Assembly (NCBI GenBank): GCA_963790825.1
Contig: CAWBPM010000002.1
Coordinates: 618,815-682,814 of the forward strand
Source: Candidatus Levyibacteriota bacterium
Lineage (GTDB): Bacteria; Patescibacteriota; Microgenomatia; Levybacterales; UBA12049
Direction: 5' to 3'
DNA: 64,000 nt
Shown: positions 46,754-57,100 of the stretch, one piece after another
Layout of the letters: each line of letters starts with the position of its first letter
How positions within the stretch are numbered: position 1 is the stretch's first letter
The notes under the pieces: model-generated
The model's database searches: none
What the model saw: the letters and a program-made list of their open reading frames with translations, nothing else
What the model was told of the DNA's origin: nothing
Translations under genes and position numbers: made by a program

Positions 46754-47125
46754 CTATAAATCCCCTAAAAGTTTTGTAATATCTTCAATCATATTATTCG
46801 TATCCGTATACATCAAAAACTTTTTGCTGATAATGCTTAATGATCCTGATATTTCTACACCTTTTTTATAGATACAAACGATTGGAATCTGTAACAAATC
46901 CGCCCAGCCGAGCTCTATTCCCTGTCCGGTCGCAGGATATGACACTTCTGCAATTACCAAATCACAGGTTTTAGATTCAAAAAGTTCTTTTGTATCAAAC
47001 GGCGTATCGTTCTCGTCATAAGGAAAAATAAATTCATGTTGCTTAGCAAGTTCTGAATTCTTCAGCGGTTCATAGAGTTCTTTTTTATAATCAAAATTTC
47101 TCGAATGGCTAATGTAGATTTTCAT
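46754..47125 (-). CDS. nucleoside 2-deoxyribosyltransferase-like protein
   Basis: MKIYISHS...DLVIAEVSYPATGQGIELGWA resembles the Nuc_deoxyrib_tr fold (KIYLAGP...AE....S.G...ELG.A). The assignment is tentative. Confidence 0.4.
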   Translation of the reverse strand: MKIYISHSRNFDYKKELYEPLKNSELAKQHEFIFPYDENDTPFDTKELFESKTCDLVIAEVSYPATGQGIELGWADLLQIPIVCIYKKGVEISGSLSIISKKFLMYTDTNNMIEDITKLLGDL

Positions 47126-47706
47126 ATAGATAAATACTCCTTCATCTTTTTTTCAAATTCCGAAATGTTCGTAAATAACTCTGCGTGTAAACCTGCTTTT
47201 TTTGCACCCGTTATATTCTCCTCATCGTCATCCCAAAAGAGAACTTGGTTGGGCTGTAACTTTTGCTCTTTCAAAATATGCTGAAAAAACTCCACGTCCG
47301 GTTTCATTTGACCGATATGAGCCGATGCATACACTTTATCGAACAGATCGTTAAGCTTTAACTCTTTTATTAAATATTCCACGCGGTATTTCTCATTATT
47401 TGTTGCCAAAAAAACTTTTATACCTTTCTTTCTAAGCTGCCTTGCATACTGGAACATTTTTTCATCCATCTGTTTTTCTCCCTCAAACCAAAAGTCCAAC
47501 AATTCATCCACAGTTCCTTTCCATTCCCACTCTTTCACTACTTTTTTAAGCTCTTCTTTCAGGTCAGCACGTCCTATGAGACATTCCTGAAAAATTCCCT
47601 TCATAAAAGCAGTTACTGTTTTAAGAGGAAGTCCCGATCGTTCGCTGAAATATTTTTCTCTGTGGATTAAAACCCCATCTGCATCGAAAATAATTGCGGT
47701 AATCAT
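47122..47706 (-). CDS. HAD-superfamily hydrolase (subfamily IA)
   Basis: AIIFDADGVLI (motif I DxDG), a conserved Lys region, and a C-terminal WDDDEENI (motif IV). Confidence 0.7.
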   Translation of the reverse strand: MITAIIFDADGVLIHREKYFSERSGLPLKTVTAFMKGIFQECLIGRADLKEELKKVVKEWEWKGTVDELLDFWFEGEKQMDEKMFQYARQLRKKGIKVFLATNNEKYRVEYLIKELKLNDLFDKVYASAHIGQMKPDVEFFQHILKEQKLQPNQVLFWDDDEENITGAKKAGLHAELFTNISEFEKKMKEYLSI

Positions 47707-47737
47707 TTACTATGTATTATAGTATATTGCGAGTAGC

Positions 47738-48397
47738 TTAAGATTGTTGGTCATGTCTCTTTTCCCAACTGGCTTTTCCTACCTCTTTTTTATGGGAATG
47801 GAAATATGCGTTATAATCTTCCGACCCTGCAATAGCACCTGCTAATTCACCTGCTTGGTCCACAGCAGAAAGAAATAGTTCGATTTCTCCTTCTGTCTCA
47901 AAGTATTGCCTGTTCTGTCTTACAAAAGTAACATTATCCCACGTTCTTTCAGGCCTTTCTCCGGACTCCAAACAGACACGTCTGATTGTCCGGGGTTCAT
48001 CGTCTTCATTTTGTAAAGTTATTTGAACAGCACTATAAAATCCATCCGGATTTCGCCAGTAACCCACAGTTTCCACTCTCGTATCATCGTCAATTCTGTC
48101 CCGTCTTACTTCTACATCTCCGCTTGGAGTCTCAAGTACTTGTACTAAACTTGGAAATTTTTCTCTCAATTCTCCAAGCCGTATCGGAACTGCCGGCTCT
48201 ACTCCACCTGTTGACCATTCATCCCAATTAAGCCCTGCGTGCGGAGTGCCATTTGCTCTTTTTGCGTGATCTACAATTTTTTCTGCGACACCAATTACTT
48301 TTCTTTCTGTAACGAATGCACATCTGCGGCCTTTCTCAGCATCGGCACTTAGTTTTGCTAAAAATTCGGATTGTGCTTCTGATGGTTGTTCTATCAT
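47738..48397 (-). CDS. hypothetical protein (219 aa), GC-richer than surroundings
   Basis: ORF track. Abuts the IS481-like element. Confidence 0.45.
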   Translation of the reverse strand: MIEQPSEAQSEFLAKLSADAEKGRRCAFVTERKVIGVAEKIVDHAKRANGTPHAGLNWDEWSTGGVEPAVPIRLGELREKFPSLVQVLETPSGDVEVRRDRIDDDTRVETVGYWRNPDGFYSAVQITLQNEDDEPRTIRRVCLESGERPERTWDNVTFVRQNRQYFETEGEIELFLSAVDQAGELAGAIAGSEDYNAYFHSHKKEVGKASWEKRHDQQS

Positions 48398-48441
48398 ATT
48401 TTTTTTGCTTCAACAAGCACCATATATTATAGCAGGCCTTG

Positions 48442-49515
48442 TCAAGACCTTGATTGGGCTGGGGTGATAAGTACCAGTTGAGGAGTTAATGTAGAAGCAT
48501 ACTCCAATGGTGTTTTGTAGTCAAGGGCTTGATGAGGGCGAATGCTGTTGTATTTGACTAACCATTCTGTTAAATCAACATTCGCTTCCGCTATGTCATC
48601 AAGCCCTACCTCTGAAAAATCGAGCCATTCTCTCTGCACTGTATGATTAAATTTTTCAAGACACGGGTTGTCTTTTGGGGTATGTGGACGAGAAAATATT
48701 TGTTGTATTGATAATTGTTCACAGGTATCTGAAAAGTGTTTCGCAAATTCTGATCCATTGTCTGAGTGTATGACTGACAATTTGTTCTCACTGAGGTATC
48801 GTAACCTCCTGAGAAAATCTGCGCCATTTTGTGATGAAGCTGTTGGATACACTCTTGCAAACCCAAGTTTTGTTTTATCATCCAAAGCGGTAAATATTAC
48901 TCTCCTTTGTCCATACCACCAGATAAGGATACTGTCGGTATGCCACAGTCTTCCCGGTTCCTTCATTGTGTGGATACGAATCCGTGGCTGTTTTGTCTTT
49001 CCTACCGTGTAGACTCGCTTCTTTTTCTTCTCTTGAAATAACTTGTGCTTTCGTATGACTCGTTCTATCTTCCAGGTTGTTATCTTCTGGTTATACCTGT
49101 TCTGATAAAGTACTTTCAGTTTTTGTTTACCTAGTTCCATGTTTTCTTTTCGAAGGATAATAATTTGTTTTTCTTCTTTTGCCGTTACCATCCATTCCCG
49201 TACCCTCTTGGGTCGCTTTGATTTCTCCTCTAAACAATATGCATTACTCCTGTCAAACCGTTGTACCCACCGCCTGAGACATTTGCGTGAAATCCCAAAA
49301 TGGAAAGCTGTTGTTGTTATATTCTCTTTCCCAACAGTATAATAGAATGCAATCCACTCCAATCGTAATCTCCCGTCGGAGGATATTCCTTCTTGTTTTG
49401 CCTGATAGCGATAGTAATCCCAGAAGTTCTCTTTTCCTTTTTGTATATCCCTCCATGTTTGGTACGTCCACGGATGGGCTGATACTGGCTTATGTGCTTT
49501 CGTTTTCATAGTCAC
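48442..49515 (-). CDS. IS481-like DDE transposase (HTH + rve integrase core)
   Basis: 357 aa. N-terminal HTH (FGISRKCLRRWVQRF) and DDE core with WHTDS...HSDNGSEF...RPHTPKDNPCLEKFNHTV. Confidence 0.85.
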   Translation of the reverse strand: MTMKTKAHKPVSAHPWTYQTWRDIQKGKENFWDYYRYQAKQEGISSDGRLRLEWIAFYYTVGKENITTTAFHFGISRKCLRRWVQRFDRSNAYCLEEKSKRPKRVREWMVTAKEEKQIIILRKENMELGKQKLKVLYQNRYNQKITTWKIERVIRKHKLFQEKKKKRVYTVGKTKQPRIRIHTMKEPGRLWHTDSILIWWYGQRRVIFTALDDKTKLGFARVYPTASSQNGADFLRRLRYLSENKLSVIHSDNGSEFAKHFSDTCEQLSIQQIFSRPHTPKDNPCLEKFNHTVQREWLDFSEVGLDDIAEANVDLTEWLVKYNSIRPHQALDYKTPLEYASTLTPQLVLITPAQSRS

Positions 49516-49540
49516 CTCCTCAGACGTTATTCTACGCCTA
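48442..49540 (-). mobile_element. IS481-like insertion sequence between a hypothetical gene and thyA
   Basis: Single transposase ORF. Possible imperfect terminal inverted repeats TGAGGAGTTAATGTAG (near 48474) and CATAGTCACCTCCTCA (49516-49531). Confidence 0.5.
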
Positions 49541-49620
49541 AAGTGGTACCTATGTATCTCAGCCTACTCAGACAATCTAAATTAATTAATTTTCTATCAG
49601 TGAAATTATAGGAGAAAGTG

Positions 49621-50616
49621 TTATACTGCTGCTACGTTTTTTCCTTCGTAGAATCCGCCGGCAACAGTCAGTTCCGCTTTAATCAGAGGATGTGGGTCAT
49701 AATTTTCCAGCAGTACATGTTCGGGTTTAATATCAGCCAAAGTTTTAACACTCGGATCGATAGTAATTGTCGGGAAAGGTTTCGGTTCACGTTTCAATTG
49801 TTCTTTTACTTGCTCAATATGATTCTCATAAATATGCACATCACCATACGAATGAATAAACTCGCCCGGTTCAAGATTTAATATTTTGGCCAGAATTACT
49901 GTCAAAAGTGCATAAGAAGCAATATTAAACGGAACACCTAAAAACAAATCGCAGCTTCTTTGATACAAAATCAGAGACAATTTTCCGTCCCGATTACTTA
50001 CCTGATACATATTGTGGCAAATCGGAAAACGGGATGCATTTTCAGAATCAGCCATCGTATAGAGATATTCCGGATTCCATGAATTGACAATAGCGTTATG
50101 AGCATTCGGATCCGCTTTCAACTCGTCTATTACCCATTGCAGCTGGTCGATGGTCCGGCCGGTCTTAGTCGGCCAGCGCCGCCACATTTCGCCGTAGATA
50201 CGCGGTAATTCTCCCCATTTGTTGGCAAATTTATCATCGGTTGCGATTTTTTCGATGAATTCTTCTTTCGTCATCACCGGTAAAACTAAATCCTCGACCA
50301 CTTTTTTATATGTTTTGTACGGATAGTCATCCCAAATATGTACATTGTTATCAACTAAATATTTTATGTTTGACCGTCCTGACATGAACCAAAATAGTTC
50401 GTACAAAACACCTTTCCAATAAACTTTTTTCGTAGTTAACAGAGGAAATCCTTGGGACAGATCGTATCTGGCTTGCTTACCGAATAAGCTGTATGTTACG
50501 ACACCTGTTCCGCGGTCGACTTGTTTTATGCCGGTATCTAAAATTTCCTGGAGTAAATTGAGGTATTGATATTCTAGATGATTTCTTTTAACTATTTTTA
50601 CCCCATTAGATTTCAT
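49621..50616 (-). CDS. thyA: thymidylate synthase (ThyA, long form with insertions)
   Basis: FPLLTTKK, LPICHNMYQ...LILYQRSCDLFLGVPFNIASYALL (catalytic Cys and dUMP-binding region), 331 aa. Confidence 0.9.
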   Translation of the reverse strand: MKSNGVKIVKRNHLEYQYLNLLQEILDTGIKQVDRGTGVVTYSLFGKQARYDLSQGFPLLTTKKVYWKGVLYELFWFMSGRSNIKYLVDNNVHIWDDYPYKTYKKVVEDLVLPVMTKEEFIEKIATDDKFANKWGELPRIYGEMWRRWPTKTGRTIDQLQWVIDELKADPNAHNAIVNSWNPEYLYTMADSENASRFPICHNMYQVSNRDGKLSLILYQRSCDLFLGVPFNIASYALLTVILAKILNLEPGEFIHSYGDVHIYENHIEQVKEQLKREPKPFPTITIDPSVKTLADIKPEHVLLENYDPHPLIKAELTVAGGFYEGKNVAAV

Positions 50617-50789
50617 CCCATCATTTTTACCGCATTGGCAATCTTTTTACAAGATATACAACTCTATCAAACCATTTACTTTCTATTTCAGTTGGCGTGT
50701 CACTAAATAATATAAGTCATATTGATGGATTAATATTATTTCGAGGAGTTTGAGAAAAGTATTTTATTATTGGTATTTATTTATTTACT

Positions 50790-50850
50790 TACGCATGCTT
50801 TCTAATTTAATTTTGAATTATGAATTTTAAATTTTGAATTTTTTATACTT
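50790..50850. repeat. TRAATTY heptamer tandem element (TAATTT TGAATTA TGAATTT TAAATTT TGAATTT)
   Basis: Lies between the thyA start and the stop of the dcd-like gene. Confidence 0.6.
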
Positions 50851-51382
50851 GCTTTTCTTTTTTCCTCGCCGTTACCCGTCCGCCTTGCCATTGCCCGCGG
50901 TACTGACTGCCTACGCCTTTTATCTCATGGAATATAACATGGACAAAGCGTGCTCCCATTTCGATCTCAACCGTAATCGGTCCTTCATTTTTTAAACCAA
51001 ACGTTAATTCTCCCTGATATCCCGGTTGAATCGGACCTGTCCTGATAAAAATCCCCGACCGGAACGTCGTCGTTCTAGGTAAAATAACTGCTGACAAATT
51101 AAGCGGCAAATTTATTTTCTCAATTGTTTTAACTAAGAAAAAATCACCCGGTTTTATTTTAATACTCTGTTTTTTCTTCGGGTCATATGTTTTAACTGTT
51201 TTTATATCTGCCGTCTGGCGATGCGTTTCACCTAAAAATGCTTTGCCAGAAATTTCATAGACTTCCCCCAAGCGTAAATCAAATCCCGCTCCTTCGGGAT
51301 TGGTAAGCTCCCGTTCCGAAAGATTTTCAACCAGTTTTTGTTTCTTAACCAATGTTAATAATTTCTTAGGTGAAAGTATCAT
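50843..51382 (-). CDS. dCTP deaminase/dUTPase-family protein (short paralog)
   Basis: GFDLRLGEVY...PIQPGYQGELTFGLKNEG (dUTPase-fold motif 3-like). Confidence 0.6.
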   Translation of the reverse strand: MILSPKKLLTLVKKQKLVENLSERELTNPEGAGFDLRLGEVYEISGKAFLGETHRQTADIKTVKTYDPKKKQSIKIKPGDFFLVKTIEKINLPLNLSAVILPRTTTFRSGIFIRTGPIQPGYQGELTFGLKNEGPITVEIEMGARFVHVIFHEIKGVGSQYRGQWQGGRVTARKKEKQV

Positions 51383-51509
51383 AAATTTATATATGCCTTA
51401 ATTTACTTATACCTTTTTACTAAATTCACTATCCTTCCGTCAAGTGGCTTTTTCCAATTTGTCATCCTGAGTTTATCTTATCCTTCCGAAATTTTAATGA
51501 AGGGGGATT

Positions 51510-52517
51510 TCAGGATCTCTTTTCGCTTTCATCTGCTAATTTTACCAATTCATTATATTGCTCACCTATTTGAGTAATCGCAAAAGGACTATCTTTTCTG
51601 CTTTTCAATTGATAAATAGTGACAGGTAACGTCGTAATGAGTTCTGCAAGTTTTACTTGAGATGTTAACGTATCTTTTTTATTATCAGTATTAACTTCTG
51701 TAACGATCGGTATCCCCCCGACTTCGTCTACCTGTGAAACCCCGGCTTGCAAATCAGCCCTGTTATACGCATGGACTGCCATATCGACATTTTGTATCTG
51801 AATGCTCTGGTTAAGAAGCGCTGTTATATACTGCCCAAATTGCTGGTAATGAATTGACGGTCCTGAAATGGCAGCCAGAATTGGCGTAACCGGACGGCTG
51901 AGATGAAGAGATTTTAAAACAGCCAGAGTCTCTTTCGTAAAATAAGCAAACGTATCATAATTTTGATCCCACCAAAAGTTCGACTCATTCGGTTCATTCC
52001 CTATTTCAAGCCATTCCACGCTTTTATGCTCAGTAATCGCCAGGAGATCCAATTTTATGAATTCTTTAATTTGGGTTTCATTTTGCTTAAGTTCCGAAAC
52101 TGTCTTGGGCATTGAGTGAATAAAACGAAGGACCGCACCGTTATCGACAAATGTGTAAAAAGGAAGCTCTCCGGGATCATAACAGAAAATTACTTTTTTA
52201 TTTTCTTTATCTGCCTCGGTCAGTTCTTCTTCAACCTGAGGATTATTTTCAAAAGTACCATCTACACTGACCAGAGAAGTAGGACTGCCGATTCGCAAGG
52301 TATTAATATGCAGTTTATCTGTCCCTTCTATCATTGACTGTTCAGAAACACTAACACCTATTCGTGAGTCATAGCTTGTTGTAGTTGTTTGAGAAGCAGA
52401 AACAGTTTCGGACGGATGAGGAAAACCTGTAGAATAGAAGGTAGAAGACAAAAGAGCAACAGATCCTAATATTTTTCTTATTTGGTTCCTAGGCTTTAGT
52501 TTTTCAACCTGCGCCAT
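51510..52517 (-). CDS. secreted glycoside-hydrolase-like protein (clan GH-A-like, NEP motif)
   Basis: N-terminal signal-like segment ILGSVALLSSTFYSTG. WLEIGNEPN is a typical catalytic acid/base motif of GH5/GH-A TIM-barrel enzymes. Confidence 0.45.
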   Translation of the reverse strand: MAQVEKLKPRNQIRKILGSVALLSSTFYSTGFPHPSETVSASQTTTTSYDSRIGVSVSEQSMIEGTDKLHINTLRIGSPTSLVSVDGTFENNPQVEEELTEADKENKKVIFCYDPGELPFYTFVDNGAVLRFIHSMPKTVSELKQNETQIKEFIKLDLLAITEHKSVEWLEIGNEPNESNFWWDQNYDTFAYFTKETLAVLKSLHLSRPVTPILAAISGPSIHYQQFGQYITALLNQSIQIQNVDMAVHAYNRADLQAGVSQVDEVGGIPIVTEVNTDNKKDTLTSQVKLAELITTLPVTIYQLKSRKDSPFAITQIGEQYNELVKLADESEKRS

Positions 52518-52550
52518 AGATATTTACAATTATACACCTCAGCTGTACAC

Positions 52551-52636
52551 ATAACCAATAACCAATAACCAATAACCAATAACCAATAACCAATAACCAA
52601 TAACCAATAACCAATAACCAATAACCAATAACCAAT
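52551..52636. repeat. Heptanucleotide microsatellite (ATAACCA)x12 in divergent promoter region
   Basis: Twelve perfect tandem copies at 52551-52634 plus a partial AT, lying between the start of the minus-strand GH-like gene (52517) and the start of the plus-strand Cys-rich protein gene (52679). A TTGACA lies immediately downstream at 52643-52648. Confidence 0.95.
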
Positions 52637-52678
52637 TATATTATTGACAAGTATATGAAACTCAAGTAGTCTAGACGT

Positions 52679-53440
52679 ATGAGGCTCTTCGCTAAATTGG
52701 TAATCTCGTTTTTTGTTTTTACGTTATTTATTTTTAATCCTCCTAAGATGTTCGCAGTTACTGCTCCCCCTATTTGTAGCGCAGTGACCGCGTTTAATCT
52801 TACCTGTTCTCTTTCGGGTACAGCTACGTTTACAGCTTCTTGGGATTTATCTGCATATGGAGTACCAGCAGCTAGTAATATTTGCAATATTTATGTTTAT
52901 GCTGGCAGCAATGCCCATACTATTAGTCATACGTGTGCTGGCAGCAATGTTAGCATTACGGTTCCTGCTGATAATTCTCCGACTGTTTCAATCTACGTAA
53001 GCAATGGAATTATTGGTGATGTATGTTATAATGCTCCTCAAGGCACCATAAATAATGCTTGTGCTCCTCCCACTGCTACACCAATCCCTGCTCCTACTAC
53101 TCCCCCTGTTAACATTTATGCAGGCTGCGAAGGCAGCGCGGCAGACAACGCGGCTGACGTCTGGAAGCTAGATTGTATTCCTGTTGTCGCAGGACAACTG
53201 GTTAATTATGCTCTCATTTTCCTAGGAATCGTCGCGGTTATATTTATTATCTATGCGGGCTACAAGTTTATTACTTCCCGCGGTGATCCGAAGCAGGTTG
53301 AAGGAGCCAGAAAAATTATTACTTACGTTCTTATCGGCATCACGATTATTTTACTTTCATTCTCTATTATAGCCTTCATTGCATATATTACGGGCGTAAC
53401 ATGTATCGATGGCTTTAGTCTACATGCATGTAACACGTAA
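52679..53440 (+). CDS. secreted Cys-rich protein with TrbC/VirB2-pilin-like C-terminal hydrophobic hairpin
   Basis: Signal peptide, then a 150-aa Cys/Thr/Ala-rich region (10 Cys) with a PTATPIPAPTTPP linker. C-terminal LVNYALIFLGIVAVIFIIYAGYKFITSRG...IITYVLIGITIILL has two TM segments with a short basic loop, as in TrbC/VirB2 pilins. Confidence 0.45.
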   Translation: MRLFAKLVISFFVFTLFIFNPPKMFAVTAPPICSAVTAFNLTCSLSGTATFTASWDLSAYGVPAASNICNIYVYAGSNAHTISHTCAGSNVSITVPADNSPTVSIYVSNGIIGDVCYNAPQGTINNACAPPTATPIPAPTTPPVNIYAGCEGSAADNAADVWKLDCIPVVAGQLVNYALIFLGIVAVIFIIYAGYKFITSRGDPKQVEGARKIITYVLIGITIILLSFSIIAFIAYITGVTCIDGFSLHACNT

Positions 53441-53469
53441 ATTATCCTCATGGAGATAAAAAATATCTA

Positions 53470-54102
53470 TTATTTCCCGTCTTTATAAATCCGTGATTCG
53501 TCGGGACCTTTTTGTCCGATATATTTTGCATTTTTCTTCTTCATGTAAGGAACATCCGCAGGGGTTGACAACTGGTCGAAAGTAAATGAACAAATCCGCA
53601 TTCCGGGGGTGAGCGCCACTGCCATTCTTCCCAAGTTACCAAGTTCCAATACCGGATGCCCATCCCACCCGGGATCGAAAATTGATGCAGTCGAATGCAC
53701 AACAATCCCGAGTCTTCCGAGTGACGATCTGCCTTCAAGTCTGCCGATCAAATCAGAACTGATTATTAACTTTTCAAGCGTTACAGCCAGGACGAAATCC
53801 CCTGGTTGCATTATAAATTGCTCCCCGTCTTTCACTACAATTTCCCGCGTAATCTCATTACTGTGTTCTTTTTTTGTCGGATCAATAAAAGGCATTTTAC
53901 TGTATTCAAATACTCTGAAATGATTACCAAGCCTTAGGTCAATTGAGCAACTCCCGAGCTGCAGCGATAAATCCGGTTTCGGCGTAATAATAATCCTCTT
54001 ACTCTTCAGCGCTTTTTTAATATCTCGGTCCGATAGAATCATGGGTAAAGTGTAACATGTACGTGGTATTTTGGGAAGGGGTAAGCTTGCCCGCATTGAC
54101 AA
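53470..54102 (-). CDS. dcd: dCTP deaminase (likely true start MILSDRDIKK at 54042)
   Basis: MILSDRDIKK...IDLRLGNHFRVF...FIMQPGDFVLA...GRSSLGRLGI..H..AS..DPGW.G, the canonical Dcd pattern. Confidence 0.8.
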   Translation of the reverse strand: MSMRASLPLPKIPRTCYTLPMILSDRDIKKALKSKRIIITPKPDLSLQLGSCSIDLRLGNHFRVFEYSKMPFIDPTKKEHSNEITREIVVKDGEQFIMQPGDFVLAVTLEKLIISSDLIGRLEGRSSLGRLGIVVHSTASIFDPGWDGHPVLELGNLGRMAVALTPGMRICSFTFDQLSTPADVPYMKKKNAKYIGQKGPDESRIYKDGK

Positions 54103-54132
54103 TACTTCGAGGGTTTACTACGCTGTTATTAC

Positions 54133-57100
54133 ATGCAATTTTCCTTGATAAAATTTTATCCAAAAAGCTTGCACGTTTTCCGTATTTTCTCTACTCGATT
54201 TCTCGGAGTTTTTATTGCTTTGCTATTATTTCAAGCTACTAGTCCGGTTCAAAAAGCTTATGCGCAATATGCTGGCAATTTATTACAAAATCCATCGTTT
54301 GATACTACTTCACCTAATTGGCCTTCTCCTTGGTATATGTCTGTTTATCCTGATGCTGCTGCTACGGTAACTCAGGATATGTCAACGTATGTTGATGGAA
54401 ATTCCTCCGCACGAGTCGATATCAATACAGCCAGTCCGACCTTTTGGCATATCCAGCTACTGCAAACCGATGTTCCAATATCTCAAGGCGTTTCTTATAC
54501 AATCACCTTTTGGGCTAAGGCAACAACAGCTCGTACTATCAACGTTGTTGATCAAATGGGACTCTATCCCTATAACTCTTATTTCAGTCAGGATATCGAT
54601 ATCACTACCTCATGGCAACAATATACAATTACATTTACTGCTCCCGTAAATGACTCGCGTTCTCTTTTTACTTTTAACATAGGACTGCAAACCGGTAGTG
54701 TTTGGTTCGATGCTACGTCATTCCACTTTACTCTGCCTGATGATTATTGTTATGGACAAGGTGTCTATTTATATACCAACATAAATTGGACTGGTGCGTG
54801 TGCTAGATTTACTGCTGATACTCCTGATTTAACCAGTAGCATAGGCAACGGCACTGCTCAATCCGTTAGACTTGTAGGTGACTACGCTGCGACATTGTAT
54901 TCGGGTACAAACTATACTGGATCATCAAGCGCAGTTACTTCCGATGTCGCTGATCTTAGTACCACTGATGTTGGTCAAAAAGCTGTTTCTTCATTACAAA
55001 TTGCCGTACCTACTCCGACTCCTACTATACTTCTTGCACCTACAGCTACTCCGAGCGGCACAACTTACTCGATTACCGGAAATGTTTATAATGATCTTAA
55101 TAAAAATGGCGCGAAAGATTTAAGTCCGACATGGCAACAACTTACCAGCACCGTTACTGTAGATTATAACGACAGAACCAGTCTGGGAATTTCTGTTATC
55201 ATGGAAGGCGCATCCGGTACAGATTCGTTTCAAGTAGATGATATTTCTTTACAATTGGACAGCGGCCCAAATCTAATCACCAACCCCGGGTGTGAGGCAG
55301 ATACAAGCGACTGGGCTGGAACGCAAGCAACTCTTTCACAAGATACGACAGATTTTCATTCGGGTAGCGCGTCTTGTAATGTTCAGCAAACTACCGGAGA
55401 TCAATTTTCAATAAGCGACCAACCGGCTACTGTAAGTAATCCTCCGATGGGACAACAATATACAGCTACTGTTTGGGTCCGTACCGATTCATTAAATAAA
55501 CCGGTTTGGCTGTCTATAACAATGTCCGGTGGAGCCAATCCTGACGTAACTACGTATAGCCCAGCATTTGCTATGAACTCTAGTGAACCGAACTACAGCG
55601 GAGGAGCTGTTATTCAGTTATCAGACGGAGAGCAAACGGTTACCGATGCGAATGGAAATTATGCTTTTAATAACGAGCCATCCGGAACATATACGGTATC
55701 GCTTGCCTCGACAAGTATTTATACCCCGACTACATCCTCTTCTCAAACAATTGATCTGACAAGTGGCGACCAAACTGTTAACTTCGGATTGTATTACACC
55801 AGCTATACTTTGGCGGGGAATGTATTCGTCGATACCAATGACGATGGAGTTCAAGACGGAAGCGAAACCGGTTTTCCCGCAGGAACTGTTACCATTGCAG
55901 GTCCTGTATCCAAACAAGTAACTACAGATTCAGCTGGAAATTATTCGATACCTAATCTTCCTACCGGTATTTATATTGTCCAATATGCATTACCGTTTGG
56001 TTATACAACATCCACGACCAATCCGGTTACGATAAGTCTGGTTGCCAATACCATAGTTAATTTCGGACTTTCTCCATATACTCCTGCAGTCCTTACCAAC
56101 TCATGTGGTGCTGCTGCTCCCGAAGCAGATATCATGCTTGTTCTTGATTCTTCCGGTTCAATGGGTGAAGGAAGCAAAATACATGATGCCATAGCAGCTG
56201 CACAAAGTTTCGTTGATACGGTTGCAAGTCAACACCCTGCAAGCCAGGTGGGATTAGTAACATATAGTACCACCGTCCATATTGTAGATCCATTAATGCA
56301 AGACCATGGTGCTAACCAAACAAAATTAGATCATGATTTGGGAACTGCTGTAGCAGACGGTACTACATGCGGTTTATGTGCTATGCAAGAAGCAGTTAAT
56401 CAGCTCGAAAGTGGACACCATGGTAACGATACGAGAGTAATTGTTTTTCTTACTGACGGAATCGAAAACTATTTGCCGGGAGGACATGATCAAGTCCCTC
56501 CGCAAACAGCTCAGGATCCGATTTTGGCTCTGGCAGATCAAGAACATAATGATCACGGAACGAGCTTCTTCACGATAGGACTGGGAACTGATGTTGACGC
56601 AAATTTCCTGCAAAAACTAGCTGACGATACCGAAGCGAAATATTACTTCACTCCTACTTCCGATCAACTAAATTCGATTTATGCCAGTATTTATTATGAA
56701 ATTACTCAGGGTGTCGGCCAAGTCAAGGGAACTGTGTATAAAGATGTTAATTTTAACCGCCGCTTAGATGCAGCTGATCTAGGACTGCCCAGTTGGATTG
56801 CCACCTTAAGCAATGGAACAACCACTTATACGCAAGTGACAGATGTATCCGGAAATTATACTTTCACCGGTATTTGTACCGGCGCATATACCTTGCAGGA
56901 GCAAGCACAACCCGGCTGGTTTCAGGACAGTCCGAGACACCCAAGCAACTATGCCATTAATGTCCTTAACAGTTCAGCCATAACCAAGAAAAACTTTGGT
57001 AATACCCAAGGATATACTGTAGCTGGTTTTGTTTTTGACGATAGAAATAAAAATCAAACTTTCGATTCCGACGAAACAGCATTTACGAGCGGACTTGATA

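Noticed and set aside
52551-52636. Possible CRISPR array (short tandem repeats)
   Set aside because: The 7-bp units are perfectly tandem with no spacers, which is a microsatellite and not CRISPR. No CRISPR-like repeat-spacer array was seen anywhere in the window.
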